Source of the DNA: a bacterium
GTDB lineage: Bacteria > Zhuqueibacterota > Zhuqueibacteria > Residuimicrobiales > Krinioviventaceae
Direction: 5' to 3'
Length of the DNA: 64,000 nt
Assembly: GCA_963674595.2 (NCBI GenBank)
Contig: CAXXFV010000026.1
Coordinates: 32,001-96,000, forward strand
Shown: in pieces, positions 1-9,659 of the stretch
How the letters are laid out: each line of letters starts with the position of its first letter
Position numbering within the stretch: the first letter of the stretch is position 1
The notes under the pieces: generated by a model
Seen by the model: only the letters and a program-made list of their open reading frames with translations
Database searches by the model: none
Told to the model about the DNA's origin: nothing
Made by a program: the position numbers and the translations under genes

Positions 1-8
1 TGAGCTTA

Positions 9-1172
9 ATGAATGAATATATTGCTAAAAGATTAAGTGCTAATGATCTTGAAGCTGAATTATTGAAGCTTATTGGTGAATATAACACATATAATGATAC
101 ATTTCTTTTTGTTTATGGTAGTGCAATTAGTAAGCCGATTCCTGATACTAGTTTGAATATGGACGATTACTTTTTTATTTTTGATATGCTTAATGGAATT
201 GATTCTAAAAAATTAGACTTTTATATTGAAACTCCAGGCGGAAGTGGTGAAGCCGCAGAAGAAATTGTTAGGTTTATCAGGAATAAATTCAAAGATGTAA
301 ATTTTGTTGTTTCAGGTGAAGCAAAAAGTGCTGGAACTATAATGGTTCTTTCAGGTGATGAGATTAGCATGACAAAGAGCGGTAGTCTTGGTCCGATAGA
401 CGCTCAGATGAAAATTGGAAGAAGTATAGTTTCTGCTTATGATTACATGAAGTGGATTAAGAAGGTCAGGAAAAATGCAGAAAAGAATGGCAAATTAAAT
501 CCATTTGATGCTACTTTGGTGGCACAAATAAGCCCTGGTGAATTAAGGAATGTAAACCATTCTTTAAAATTTGCTGCGGATCTTGTTACGTCATGGCTTC
601 CAAAATATAAATTTAAAAATTGGAATATGACTGAAACAAGAAAAATTGAAGTCACTAAGGAGATGAAAGAAAAGAGAGCAGATGAAATTGTTAAAGAATT
701 AATCAACCATGGTAAATGGAGAAGTCATGGTCGCTCTATTAAAATTTCTGATCTTGATGAAATTGGCTTAAAGGTTAATAGAATTGATGATGATTCTACC
801 TTGTGTGATATAGTTTATAGAATTCAGACCGTAATTCGTTTGTTATATAGTAGTACGAGTATTTATAAAATATTTGCCACAGAAAATGAAAAAATATTCA
901 AACAAGCTATGCAGGCAGTTAAATCACCTAAGATTCCAGTTGAGCAAGCAGATGTTGTTGAGCTTGAGATAGTTTGTCCAAAATGTGGGAAAAAAGATAA
1001 AATATATGCAAAATTTTTAGAAAATCCAGCTATTGATAAAGATTTTGAAAAAATGAAGTTTAAACCATTTCCTAAAAATAATAGATTTTTATGTGATTGC
1101 GGATTTGAAATTGATTTAACCGGAATGAGAAACGAAATTGAAACCCAAACGGGAAAAAAAATATTAGCCTAA
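9..1172 (+). CDS. SDH-family (ClpP-fold) serine protease with C-terminal Zn-ribbon
   Basis: Motifs ETPGGS, AKSAGT, LGPIDAQ, WRSHGR; C-terminal CPKC...CDC. The true start may be just outside the window, since (a)tg agc tta atg is in frame. Confidence 0.8.
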   Translation: MNEYIAKRLSANDLEAELLKLIGEYNTYNDTFLFVYGSAISKPIPDTSLNMDDYFFIFDMLNGIDSKKLDFYIETPGGSGEAAEEIVRFIRNKFKDVNFVVSGEAKSAGTIMVLSGDEISMTKSGSLGPIDAQMKIGRSIVSAYDYMKWIKKVRKNAEKNGKLNPFDATLVAQISPGELRNVNHSLKFAADLVTSWLPKYKFKNWNMTETRKIEVTKEMKEKRADEIVKELINHGKWRSHGRSIKISDLDEIGLKVNRIDDDSTLCDIVYRIQTVIRLLYSSTSIYKIFATENEKIFKQAMQAVKSPKIPVEQADVVELEIVCPKCGKKDKIYAKFLENPAIDKDFEKMKFKPFPKNNRFLCDCGFEIDLTGMRNEIETQTGKKILA

Positions 1173-1184
1173 AAGGAGCGTAAA

Positions 1185-1385
1185 ATGAAGAATTGCAAGA
1201 ACAAAAACATTCAAAATCTTGCTGCCCCCATGGGTGATGATAAAGCATTGTTAAAGTTTTTAAAACAGACCAAAGATGGCAAGTATGCTCAAATTGAAAA
1301 GAGCTCTCTTAATTATACGAGAATCGAACAAGAAACAGAACATTATGATATAAATGAGGATGAATATTACTATAGTATAACATGA
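1185..1385 (+). CDS. small hypothetical protein co-transcribed with the SDH protease
   Basis: AAGGAG RBS upstream; 12 bp after the protease stop. Confidence 0.55.
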   Translation: MKNCKNKNIQNLAAPMGDDKALLKFLKQTKDGKYAQIEKSSLNYTRIEQETEHYDINEDEYYYSIT

Positions 1386-1486
1386 TTTGGTAGTGTTTTT
1401 GTAATGTTTTGAATGCAGATCAAACAACAATTTTGTGCTAAAGATGTGGAGCAATAAAAGCACAGCACAATTAAAATATAGAACTT

Positions 1487-1523
1487 AGCCGAACCTTATA
1501 AAAAAGGGTCCGGCTTTTTTTTT
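1487..1523 (+). terminator. intrinsic terminator upstream of the portal gene
   Basis: AGCCGAACCTT...AAGGGTCCGGCT stem followed by a T-run. Confidence 0.7.
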
Positions 1524-1627
1524 GTCCTACCTCAAATACAACTATCAGTAAAAAACTGTAAACCCCTTGTTTAGTTTATCAAATCTCACTATATAGTGGT
1601 GGAGATGTCAATAACATCAATATATAG

Positions 1628-2998
1628 GTGAAAATGAATATTTTTGGCAGAGAACTATTGTTTGGGAAAAAGGCGCTGATGAATGACGACAGGCGGCCGG
1701 CTTCCTCGCAAACCCGTGAAGCGCTGAACGATCCTTTTTCAGCCTCTTTTAACGGGTATGAGCCTTTAAAATTTAATTTGGGATTGTATCAGGTGATCCG
1801 GGAAGCAATACCGGTGCTTGATGTGGCGGTGTTAAAGATCGTGCGGTTGATCGGTGATTTCCGGTATATTGCCGAAAACGCCCGCGACCAGCAGTTGCTG
1901 GATGATTTTAAACAGTCCGTAAAGGTCGGGTGGTTTCAGCAGGGATTGAATTTCTGGTTAAAACAGTTGAACGATTCGGCATTGTCCCTGGGTATGGGAT
2001 TCGGTGAGCTGGTGCCATTGGCATCCAACAGCGGCGTGCATCGCCTGAAAATCGCCCATGCGCAGAATTTTCGCTTTATGCGCGACAGTGATAACCGGCT
2101 TGTTTTGGGCACGGTGCAGCGGGGCGGCATGAAACCACGTCAACTGGCTTTTCCGGATTATGTTTATTATCTCGCTTTTGACGTGCGCAACGGTTCTCCC
2201 CAGGGCGTCAGTCTGTTTTATTCGCTGCCTTTTGTGGTGCAGATTTACACCCGCATTGAAAAGGCCATTGAAAACACCATCTGGCGTGTGGGCGATCCCA
2301 CGTTTATTGCGGTTGTTAAAGGCAGCAAGTTTGCCAAATATGCCGAAGTGAAGCAGGCCAAGGACGCGTTTTTGACCGAACTGACCGAGGTGAACAAGGA
2401 CCGGCGGCAGAGCAAGGTGCGTGACATTGGCGTGGCCACGCCCAACGAAAGTGATTTTGAGCTTAAAGTGCTTGGCGAAGGCGCGGAAATGCTGGACATT
2501 AAGGTGCCGTCACGCATTATTCTGGAACAGATTATTGCCAAAACAGAACTGTTCCCCTACATGTTTGGCCTGTATGACTGGAACTCGAATTTTCGTATGA
2601 GTTCGGACCAGGCAGACATGCTGGTTTCCAATATCAATTCCTATCGAAAACAAAACGATCCCATTATCCGTAAAGTGACGGACCAGTTTTTAACATTGTC
2701 CGGACATGCCGGGGTGAAATACACGGTTGAATGGGACCCTGTCAATCTGATGGATGAAAAAGAGATGGCCAATGCCCGGGCGCTGAATGCCACGGCCCTG
2801 CAAAAAGAGCTGACAGCCTTTGACTGGATGCTGGAACGCGGGTTTATTACTGAAGACGAAATCCTGGAATTTCTGGTAAACAATGGGTTTGGCAGCAAAA
2901 AAAATATAAACGGCGAACAACGGCTTGTTTTGGAGCAGTTTGTTAAACGCAACAAAAAGGCCTTTGTGGGCAAGATAAACAAGAGTGTGTTGAATTGA
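1628..2998 (+). CDS. phage portal protein
   Basis: 456 aa, first gene of the structural operon; portal-like segments LYQVIREAIPVLDVAVLKIVRLIG and PQGVSLFYSLPFV. Confidence 0.8.
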   Translation: MKMNIFGRELLFGKKALMNDDRRPASSQTREALNDPFSASFNGYEPLKFNLGLYQVIREAIPVLDVAVLKIVRLIGDFRYIAENARDQQLLDDFKQSVKVGWFQQGLNFWLKQLNDSALSLGMGFGELVPLASNSGVHRLKIAHAQNFRFMRDSDNRLVLGTVQRGGMKPRQLAFPDYVYYLAFDVRNGSPQGVSLFYSLPFVVQIYTRIEKAIENTIWRVGDPTFIAVVKGSKFAKYAEVKQAKDAFLTELTEVNKDRRQSKVRDIGVATPNESDFELKVLGEGAEMLDIKVPSRIILEQIIAKTELFPYMFGLYDWNSNFRMSSDQADMLVSNINSYRKQNDPIIRKVTDQFLTLSGHAGVKYTVEWDPVNLMDEKEMANARALNATALQKELTAFDWMLERGFITEDEILEFLVNNGFGSKKNINGEQRLVLEQFVKRNKKAFVGKINKSVLN

Positions 2999-3047
2999 TG
3001 TATTTTAATTTTCAGAGATAATCCTTAAAAAATCAGGAACGTGACAG

Positions 3048-3950
3048 ATGCCGACATTTACATGTGAAAAATGTAACAGAGACGTGACCTATCCGCTGGG
3101 GGACCGGTCTTTTCACCGGGCCCATGAGTGGGAGTGTCTGGACTGTTATACGGTGATTGCGGCGGACCGGTACGAAAAAAACGTTCCTGACCATACCACG
3201 GTTTTTATGCCCATCGGGTTTGCGCTGGGTGACCAAATCGTTAATTCGGTGGTACTGCGATATTACCAGGACCAGAATCCTGCCGAAAACGTTGTGGTCA
3301 TCAACACGGTCATGTTTCCCGATGAGATAAAAACCACCTTTCATCCGGACAAGTTTTTCTGGTCTGATGTGGCGCCTTATAAACCGGCGCCGACCAATGC
3401 GATTTTGTACAGCGTGCCCAATGAGGCCAATGCCCTGAAGGAAAAGGGTTATTATCCGGAACTGTGGTTTACGCCGGAGAGGCCGGAGGTTTACAACGAA
3501 TTGCAGTTTAAAAACTATGTGGTACTGCACATCCGCAATGTGAGCAAAGCGGCCTTTAAAAACGAGGAACCGAAACGGGTCAACAAAATTATCGAATATC
3601 TGTTAAACAGCGAATCGGTGGACTGTATTGTGCTTGTCGGTAATGACAATGACGATCCGCGTTATGCCACCCATCACGAAAAGATTTTTGACCTGCGCAA
3701 AAAGCTCAAACTGCAAGAGATCGCCTGGTTAATTCAGCACAGCCTGTTGTACGTGGGCAAAGATTCCGGTATTGCGCATTTGGCCGGATGCTGTAACGCA
3801 CCCATGGTGGTGTACGGTTACGTAACCGAACGCTGGATGCCCAAGGTTAAACACGACCGGATGCAGGCGTTTATGGAAATCCATTCGTCAGTGGATAACA
3901 TTGTTTATGCCATTAACGATAATATTTTACAAACAAAACTGTGTGCATAA
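3048..3950 (+). CDS. GT9-like (heptosyltransferase-like) glycosyltransferase with N-terminal Zn-ribbon
   Basis: DLRKKLKLQEIAWLIQHSLLYVGKDSGIAHLAG matches the GT9 D-S-G-x-x-H-L-A motif; N-terminal CEKC...CLDC. Confidence 0.75.
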   Translation: MPTFTCEKCNRDVTYPLGDRSFHRAHEWECLDCYTVIAADRYEKNVPDHTTVFMPIGFALGDQIVNSVVLRYYQDQNPAENVVVINTVMFPDEIKTTFHPDKFFWSDVAPYKPAPTNAILYSVPNEANALKEKGYYPELWFTPERPEVYNELQFKNYVVLHIRNVSKAAFKNEEPKRVNKIIEYLLNSESVDCIVLVGNDNDDPRYATHHEKIFDLRKKLKLQEIAWLIQHSLLYVGKDSGIAHLAGCCNAPMVVYGYVTERWMPKVKHDRMQAFMEIHSSVDNIVYAINDNILQTKLCA

Positions 3951-3951
3951 T

Positions 3952-4449
3952 ATGTCTGATCCGGTAAAAATAAACATCGGCTGCGGCACCCGCAAGTGGA
4001 AGGGATTTTTAAATATCGATATTCAGGAGGCTGTACATCCGGATGTGGTTATGGACATCCGTTACCTGGAAAAAATCGCCGACAATTCTGTGGATGAAAT
4101 TCTGGCCGAACACGTGCTGGAGCATTTTCCGGTATGGCAGACACAGACCATCCTCAATATCTGGGCCTCAAAACTGCATATGGGCGGATATATGAAAATA
4201 TGGATCCCTGACTTTGAGGTGTTGTGCCGGTATGTTGTGGACGGCAATTACGGCAAAATGGCCATGCAGTCCATTTACGGCAAACAGGACCATCCCTGGA
4301 ATTATCATTGTGTGGGATTTACCAAAGAGTATATAAAAGAGCTGATGAAAAACGCGGGCATGACCGTGACGGTGTGCGAAAGCAAAATGGTGGATATTTA
4401 TCCCAATTTATATTGCAAAGGCATAAAAAATGGCCATGTTTCAGTGTGA
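3952..4449 (+). CDS. class I SAM-dependent methyltransferase
   Basis: INIGCG SAM-binding motif and EHVLEH; ATG at 3952 directly after the glycosyltransferase stop. Confidence 0.8.
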   Translation: MSDPVKINIGCGTRKWKGFLNIDIQEAVHPDVVMDIRYLEKIADNSVDEILAEHVLEHFPVWQTQTILNIWASKLHMGGYMKIWIPDFEVLCRYVVDGNYGKMAMQSIYGKQDHPWNYHCVGFTKEYIKELMKNAGMTVTVCESKMVDIYPNLYCKGIKNGHVSV

Positions 4450-4594
4450 AAAATGTTTAAAAAAAATTGCCTATTGTCCCGGCGACAAAACGCCGGTGTG
4501 TCATTGCAACGTACCTTTTTACAGACGTAACGATTTTGACCATAAAAATGAGGTGAAAAAATGCCACGATTATTTGACAAAGAAACAGGTGTAA
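4430..4594 (+). CDS. 54-aa Cys-rich Zn-ribbon protein (absent from the ORF track)
   Basis: MAMFQCEKCLKKIAYCPGDKTPVCHC...; overlaps both neighbours; resembles the N-terminus of the glycosyltransferase. Confidence 0.55.
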   Translation: MAMFQCEKCLKKIAYCPGDKTPVCHCNVPFYRRNDFDHKNEVKKCHDYLTKKQV

Positions 4595-4785
4595 GCATTG
4601 TGTATCCGGCCGGTGACAAGCCGCCCTATGACAGATTTAACGACCTGGTGAAAAAGAAAAAAAGTTTAAAAAGCGCCAATGAGGTAAAATCCGACAAAAC
4701 GGGCCAGGTTGACCGGATAACAAAAGTTGAATCTGATGAAAAGAAAAAGACCTTTAAACGCATCGGTTTTGAAGGCATTAAATAG
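4561..4785 (+). CDS. small basic hypothetical protein
   Basis: GAGGTG RBS; lies within the operon. Confidence 0.6.
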   Translation: MPRLFDKETGVSIVYPAGDKPPYDRFNDLVKKKKSLKSANEVKSDKTGQVDRITKVESDEKKKTFKRIGFEGIK

Positions 4786-4967
4786 TGTCCATTCCCAACA
4801 ATACATTAACGAGTCTTGAAGTAAAGCAGTTTTTGGACAAGATGCGGAACCTGCACAAACCTGTTTCGCTTTCCATCAACCATGCGGGAAACGGTAAAGA
4901 CGAGTTTACGCTGTATATTGAAAAAATGCGGATTAATGACGTGTCCGATATCGACCTTATTCACTAG
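4785..4967 (+). CDS. small hypothetical protein upstream of the conserved RNA element
   Basis: TAGTG stop/start overlap with the previous ORF. Confidence 0.5.
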   Translation: MSIPNNTLTSLEVKQFLDKMRNLHKPVSLSINHAGNGKDEFTLYIEKMRINDVSDIDLIH

Positions 4968-4985
4968 CAGTTTTTAAAAAATTTC

Positions 4986-5064
4986 CGGTCATTCTGAAAC
5001 ACGAAGCCGAATTTAGCGGCGCTGAAAAGGCGTGACGCTGGGTTCGGCTTTTTTTATTGTGAAA
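4986..5064 (+). promoter_or_regulatory. conserved motif plus terminator hairpin, copy 1 (attenuator-like)
   Basis: CGGTCATTCTGAAACA-cga-AGCCG...CGGC-T7-ATTGTGAAA; second copy at 22041-22112. Confidence 0.7.
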
Positions 5065-5077
5065 ACGAAAATCCACT

Positions 5078-6565
5078 ATGAAGCTAATCAATGAAACACG
5101 ACGTTTTTTTATTGCCGGGTCGCCGGAACTGATAGATATGAACGGCATTGTCGGGAACGGCACAGAAATAAAATTTCCAAAATCATACGATACACTTGGT
5201 TATTTCATTCCCGAAAACAGGGACAAGATAACGTTTACGGATTTTAAACAATGTGAACAATGGATGGAACATATGAAACAATTTAAATCAATGGAGCCGC
5301 AGCACAAAACGTTAACCGGTGTGCGCACAAAAGCCGTCATATTATCGGATGATGATTTTGACGCCATGCAGTCTTTTATGGTTGCGCCCGAGACCTTTGC
5401 CAAAGAGGACTTTAAGGTTTTTGATTTGTGGCTTGCCAATAATTTTGCCGACAGGGACGGTGAACGGTTTGTGAAAAACATTCTCGAATCATTCAACCAC
5501 ACCATTGTCGGGAAATCGCTTTTGTACGGTCATTTTTGGGGACCTCCCGGAGAGGGCCGTTTTTACAAATCACGCATTGAAAAGATGACGATTGAACAGG
5601 TGCTGGAGATTGTAGGTCCGCATCCGTCTAAAAAGTTTAAAGAACATTTGGAAATGATTGAAAAGATCGACGGCGGATTGTATTACCTGGTGCCCACCAT
5701 GTATATGCTGGCCGACCATCCGGACATACGAAAGATCGAAGCCGGTATTATTTCCGATGTGTCCATCGGGTTCAGTGCGCCGACGCGCGTTGAATATAAA
5801 AACGAGTCCGGCCAGACCTTGTGGTACGAATATAAAAATACGGACCAGTTTGAGGGTGAAGCGCTGGAGGGATCATTTGTTTTTCTGGGGTCCCAGTTCG
5901 GCGCCCAGTCTTCAAAAAGTATTGATCAAAACGACTATAAAAAATTTGTTGAAAACCTGCCGCAAAATCTGCGGGACGCCATTGCCGACCATTTTGGAAA
6001 CCAGGTCGCGACACAAACAAAAAAGGGAACATCCAAAAAGGCGGAGGGCATGGTTACATTTCAACTCAACTCGATTGAATTTTGTAAAGAATTCGATCCT
6101 GAAAATCTTGACGGCTGTATCAAAGAAACACAGACAGCCCTTGACCAGGAAATCGGGCATTTGCAGAACGAACTGAGCGAGCAGATAACCGCTCTGAACG
6201 CTGTGACCCAAAGTATGGCGTTGAAGGAAAAGCATCTGGCTGATTTTTATAAAGCCCTGGGAAGCGATGAATTGACCGTTGACGGGGTAAAAAACATCAA
6301 GGCGCTGGCTGACGAATACAAAACCGAACTGATTCGCGAGACCGTCAAGTATGCATGCGGTTCCGGGATGCTTGAGCAAAAAGACGCAGGGCAGCGCAAG
6401 GCCCAGCTTGAAGCATGTTCCGTTGAGGACATAAAAGAACGGCGTGATGAATACCGCAAAATCTTTGATGAAAAAAATCCTTTAAGGGGACAAACACCGG
6501 AACACGATAACAACCATTCACAACATTTTGACGGCACCAACCAGCGTGCCTATGTCATGAATTAA
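5078..6565 (+). CDS. prohead protease with C-terminal scaffold-like helical region
   Basis: NNFADRDGERF, LLYGH, IEAGIISDVSIGF and LEGSFV fit an HK97-type maturation protease; position between portal and capsid. Confidence 0.7.
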   Translation: MKLINETRRFFIAGSPELIDMNGIVGNGTEIKFPKSYDTLGYFIPENRDKITFTDFKQCEQWMEHMKQFKSMEPQHKTLTGVRTKAVILSDDDFDAMQSFMVAPETFAKEDFKVFDLWLANNFADRDGERFVKNILESFNHTIVGKSLLYGHFWGPPGEGRFYKSRIEKMTIEQVLEIVGPHPSKKFKEHLEMIEKIDGGLYYLVPTMYMLADHPDIRKIEAGIISDVSIGFSAPTRVEYKNESGQTLWYEYKNTDQFEGEALEGSFVFLGSQFGAQSSKSIDQNDYKKFVENLPQNLRDAIADHFGNQVATQTKKGTSKKAEGMVTFQLNSIEFCKEFDPENLDGCIKETQTALDQEIGHLQNELSEQITALNAVTQSMALKEKHLADFYKALGSDELTVDGVKNIKALADEYKTELIRETVKYACGSGMLEQKDAGQRKAQLEACSVEDIKERRDEYRKIFDEKNPLRGQTPEHDNNHSQHFDGTNQRAYVMN

Positions 6566-6579
6566 CGGAGGTACTCTAA

Positions 6580-7041
6580 ATGTCTGATATATTACGCAAA
6601 GGTGGAAACAAGGGAAATCCTGTTGTTATTTCAGCGGTCCCGGATTCCACATTTAAAAGTGAAATTGACGCGCTTATCACGGCCGGTACGAATGTCGTGG
6701 GCAAGCTTGTTTCGCTGACATTTGCCAATGATTACGAAGTGACGAGTCCGGCTGACGACGCCATTCCGGACGGCGAGATCATTTCGTGCAAAAAAGCGAC
6801 CCTTGCTGCGGGAAATTCCTACATCCTGACCGTGGCGCTTTTTCATTATACCGACCAGAACGGCAGTTCACACACACCGGTCTGCATCCGCGAGCTGGAT
6901 TACAACGGCACCATTGCTTTGCAGGATTCTGTTATTGTCAACGGTACCACCTATCGAAATCTGGATGACGGCGGAACAGGCGGCTGGGGCGCTGTGATTG
7001 CCAAAGACACCAGTAATTCCAAAGTACATGTATTGTTTTAA
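6580..7041 (+). CDS. putative capsid decoration/cement protein
   Basis: 153 aa, beta-rich, immediately upstream of the capsid gene; GGAGG RBS. Confidence 0.55.
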   Translation: MSDILRKGGNKGNPVVISAVPDSTFKSEIDALITAGTNVVGKLVSLTFANDYEVTSPADDAIPDGEIISCKKATLAAGNSYILTVALFHYTDQNGSSHTPVCIRELDYNGTIALQDSVIVNGTTYRNLDDGGTGGWGAVIAKDTSNSKVHVLF

Positions 7042-7053
7042 GGAGGCCAGTAA

Positions 7054-8184
7054 ATGTTTAAACATCGATCTGCACCATTACGTAACGACGAAAATTTTTG
7101 GGTTTCCAAAGATGGCCTCGACGTCGGATTATACAAAGAGGCTGACCGAAAGGGTATGTCCTTCAGCATGCTGCTTGAAGCGATAAAATCCGAAAAACAG
7201 CAGCAGGCGTCGCCCTATTTGGGGATGACCAAAAGTGAAGTTATTGAACAAAAACAGGCCATGCGCAGGGCCGGACAAATTGCACCGCTGACCGCTTTTG
7301 AAGAGTGTCTGGCAAAGGCCGGCATTCAGGTGGCCGGAAAATACACCGATCCTGTCAGCAAGTTTTTTGAATATTCGGATACCGACGTTCTGTTCCCGGA
7401 GTTTATTGCCGACAAAGTTTACACCGGCATGTTGTCTGCCTCACTGGTCCCGGAATTTGTTTCCATGGAAACCGTGGTCAGCAGCAAAACTTTTCAAAAA
7501 CTTTATCTGGACGATTCTGAAGTAGAACGTGAACTGCGCGAAGTGGGTGATTTGGAAGACCTGCCGGAAACCAAAATTTCCGTGGGCGACAAATCCGTTC
7601 ACCTCGGCATGTACGGACGATATATCAAAACATCCAAACTGGACCTGAACCAAATGCGGGCCAATGTTGTCGGTAATTTTATGGACAAAATCGGTTTGCA
7701 AATCGGTATCGACCAGACGGACCTGCTGATCTACCGGCTTATCAACGGTGACGGCAATGCCAACACCACACCCGGAACAACCAAAACAGCAAGCGCATCC
7801 GGCGCAGGCGCCATTGACTTTGAAGACACCATTACCTGGGCAACCGCTTTGCCGACGCCCTATAAAATGGACAAGTTTGTGGGCCGCAAAGCCAACCTGG
7901 TAAAATGGTATAACCGTTTGTATGACGGCACCACCACCAGTGTGGGCAACGATTTTATGGGCATTTTCCCCAAACCGTTTGAATGGGACCGCTCTGTAGT
8001 CACATCCAACTATTTCTGGGGTGTCGATTCCCGTTACGCGGCTGAATTCATCACCATCGGCGGCGTACAGGTCAATGCCGAAGATATCGTTCGTCAGCTT
8101 GCCAAGGGTATTGCAGTTTACACACTATATGAATTTGCCATTGCTGATAAAAACGCTGTCGCAAAGTTTGACATGTCTTCATAG
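7054..8184 (+). CDS. major capsid protein (HK97-like)
   Basis: 376 aa; strong AAGGAGG RBS; LFPEFI, LREVGDLEDLPETKI, LINGDGN; gene order. Confidence 0.8.
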   Translation: MFKHRSAPLRNDENFWVSKDGLDVGLYKEADRKGMSFSMLLEAIKSEKQQQASPYLGMTKSEVIEQKQAMRRAGQIAPLTAFEECLAKAGIQVAGKYTDPVSKFFEYSDTDVLFPEFIADKVYTGMLSASLVPEFVSMETVVSSKTFQKLYLDDSEVERELREVGDLEDLPETKISVGDKSVHLGMYGRYIKTSKLDLNQMRANVVGNFMDKIGLQIGIDQTDLLIYRLINGDGNANTTPGTTKTASASGAGAIDFEDTITWATALPTPYKMDKFVGRKANLVKWYNRLYDGTTTSVGNDFMGIFPKPFEWDRSVVTSNYFWGVDSRYAAEFITIGGVQVNAEDIVRQLAKGIAVYTLYEFAIADKNAVAKFDMSS

Positions 8185-8196
8185 TGAGGTGGTCTT

Positions 8197-8440
8197 TTGA
8201 ACTGGATCTATGTAAAAAGCGCAAAAAAACAAACCACTGACCTTGGTGGATGTGTCGACCCGGGATGCAAAAAACAAAAACGAGTATTTTTGTATGAACA
8301 TCAGTGAAAAGATGATTGAACAGGGCACACCGGCAAAAGTGCCGGACAATTCGTTTTTTCAGGGTTTTATCGCCCTGGGTGAACTGGAACAGGCAGACCC
8401 GCCTAAAAAACAGTCCCCTAAAAAAACGGCGGCAAAATAA
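8197..8440 (+). pseudogene. small post-capsid protein with a +1 frameshift in A7 (8223-8229)
   Basis: GAGGTGG RBS then TTG at 8197 (MNWIYVKSAK); joins track ORF 8243..8440 only if one A is removed. Confidence 0.5.
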
Positions 8441-8605
8441 TGAAAAAAACGGCTCATCATCATTCTTTATCTGCTGTCGTGGTTTGGCCTTTCGCCGCTG
8501 TTTGCGAAGGAGCCGGACCGGGCCGTAACACAGGAACCGACAGCAGAACATGTTCAACAACATATAAAACGGACCAATTCAGGTGATTATTTATGTCTTA
8601 TATAA
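8440..8605 (+). pseudogene. small signal-peptide protein with a +1 frameshift in A7 (8443-8449)
   Basis: TAATG overlap; removing one A gives MKKRLIIILYLLSWFGLSPLFA-KEPD... Confidence 0.4.
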
Positions 8606-9063
8606 CAGCAAATGACGTGAGAAACCGGCTGCGGATAACCGACAGCACCATTGACGTGACAGACGCCATGCTCACCTCCGCCGCTATGATACCGGCCGGA
8701 GACGCGTGGATCGACAAAATTCTGTCACTCAACGGGACCGGTTTTGCTTCTTTAAGCGCAACAGACCAGGCCCTGGTTAAAGCGGCTGAAATTGCTTTTG
8801 TGGCCCACAAGGTTGTCAATTCCGCACCAAGACGCGGATCCAAAACCGGGCCCATTACCATAAAGCCGGTCCCTTCACAGGATAAAAAGGCCCTGGCCGA
8901 CGAGCTGCAGCGTGAATGGGAGCTCTATTTTAACGCACTCGGCTACTCGCTTGTTTCTGTTTCCGTCAGTTCTGTGGGCAGCAACGACTATATGCCCGAC
9001 GGTGAAGACCTGACAAACATTGATTTTAGCGATACTGAAAACGATTTTTCGGAATGGGCTTAA
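8593..9063 (+). CDS. head-tail adaptor
   Basis: MSYITANDVRNRL start typical of connector proteins; gene order. Confidence 0.65.
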   Translation: MSYITANDVRNRLRITDSTIDVTDAMLTSAAMIPAGDAWIDKILSLNGTGFASLSATDQALVKAAEIAFVAHKVVNSAPRRGSKTGPITIKPVPSQDKKALADELQREWELYFNALGYSLVSVSVSSVGSNDYMPDGEDLTNIDFSDTENDFSEWA

Positions 9064-9066
9064 ATC

Positions 9067-9546
9067 ATGACTGACCAGGAAATGTTTCGATCGGATTGTT
9101 TGGCGAACGGCGCTTCCGCAACCATATCCAATACCAGCGGAACTCAATGCCCATGCATGATATGGCGTGATTCTGAAAACCCGGCTTACAGTGCAGAATA
9201 CCATCGGTTATATCCTGCTGCTGAGGATTGCGGCGGCGCCGGTTTAATCAACCGCAGCGTTACCACCACCAACATTAAGGCTTTTTTTACGCCCCTGAAC
9301 ACCACCATCAGCCGGCTGTTTCAAACAAAAAGCCTTCAGGAGATCATTGGTGAACACCAAGATGCCGACCTGGCCATGGTGGGCGCGGTGAACACGGCCA
9401 ACGGACAGTTTGTGGACATTTCCGGTCTGGTGGAACGGGAAGACAAAATCACCTATAACGCGGTAGAGTATGTAGTCAGGCATTTTTATGACCTGAGCAA
9501 TTCCGAACGCGTGGGCCAGGTTGCTTTGCTGAAAAGGAAAAGCTGA
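9067..9546 (+). CDS. head closure / neck protein
   Basis: Gene order; CPC...CGGAG; ends DKITYNAVEYVVRH. Confidence 0.55.
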   Translation: MTDQEMFRSDCLANGASATISNTSGTQCPCMIWRDSENPAYSAEYHRLYPAAEDCGGAGLINRSVTTTNIKAFFTPLNTTISRLFQTKSLQEIIGEHQDADLAMVGAVNTANGQFVDISGLVEREDKITYNAVEYVVRHFYDLSNSERVGQVALLKRKS

Positions 9547-9548
9547 TA

Positions 9549-9659
9549 CGTTGGTCCGCAGATAATAAACAGAGAAATTTTCAGGCGGCACTGTTGCAGA
9601 ATCCGCCTGAAATATCAGATACAATAACGAATGAAATCAGAAAAGCGGGTAAATTTTGA
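9549..9659 (+). pseudogene. possible 3' remnant of a neck/tail-completion gene
   Basis: Startless 36-aa frame (RWSADNK...NEIRKAGKF) ending in a TTGA overlap with the next gene. Confidence 0.35.

Noticed and set aside
5658-6176. 172-aa alternative-frame ORF and the many other short overlapping ORFs in the track
   Set aside because: They lie inside well-supported genes, lack motifs and RBSs, and are best explained as shadow frames.
9579-9612. 10-bp perfect hairpin (TTTCAGGCGG/CCGCCTGAAA) as a terminator
   Set aside because: There is no clear U-tract on the + strand and it lies in a possible gene remnant, so a function cannot be supported.
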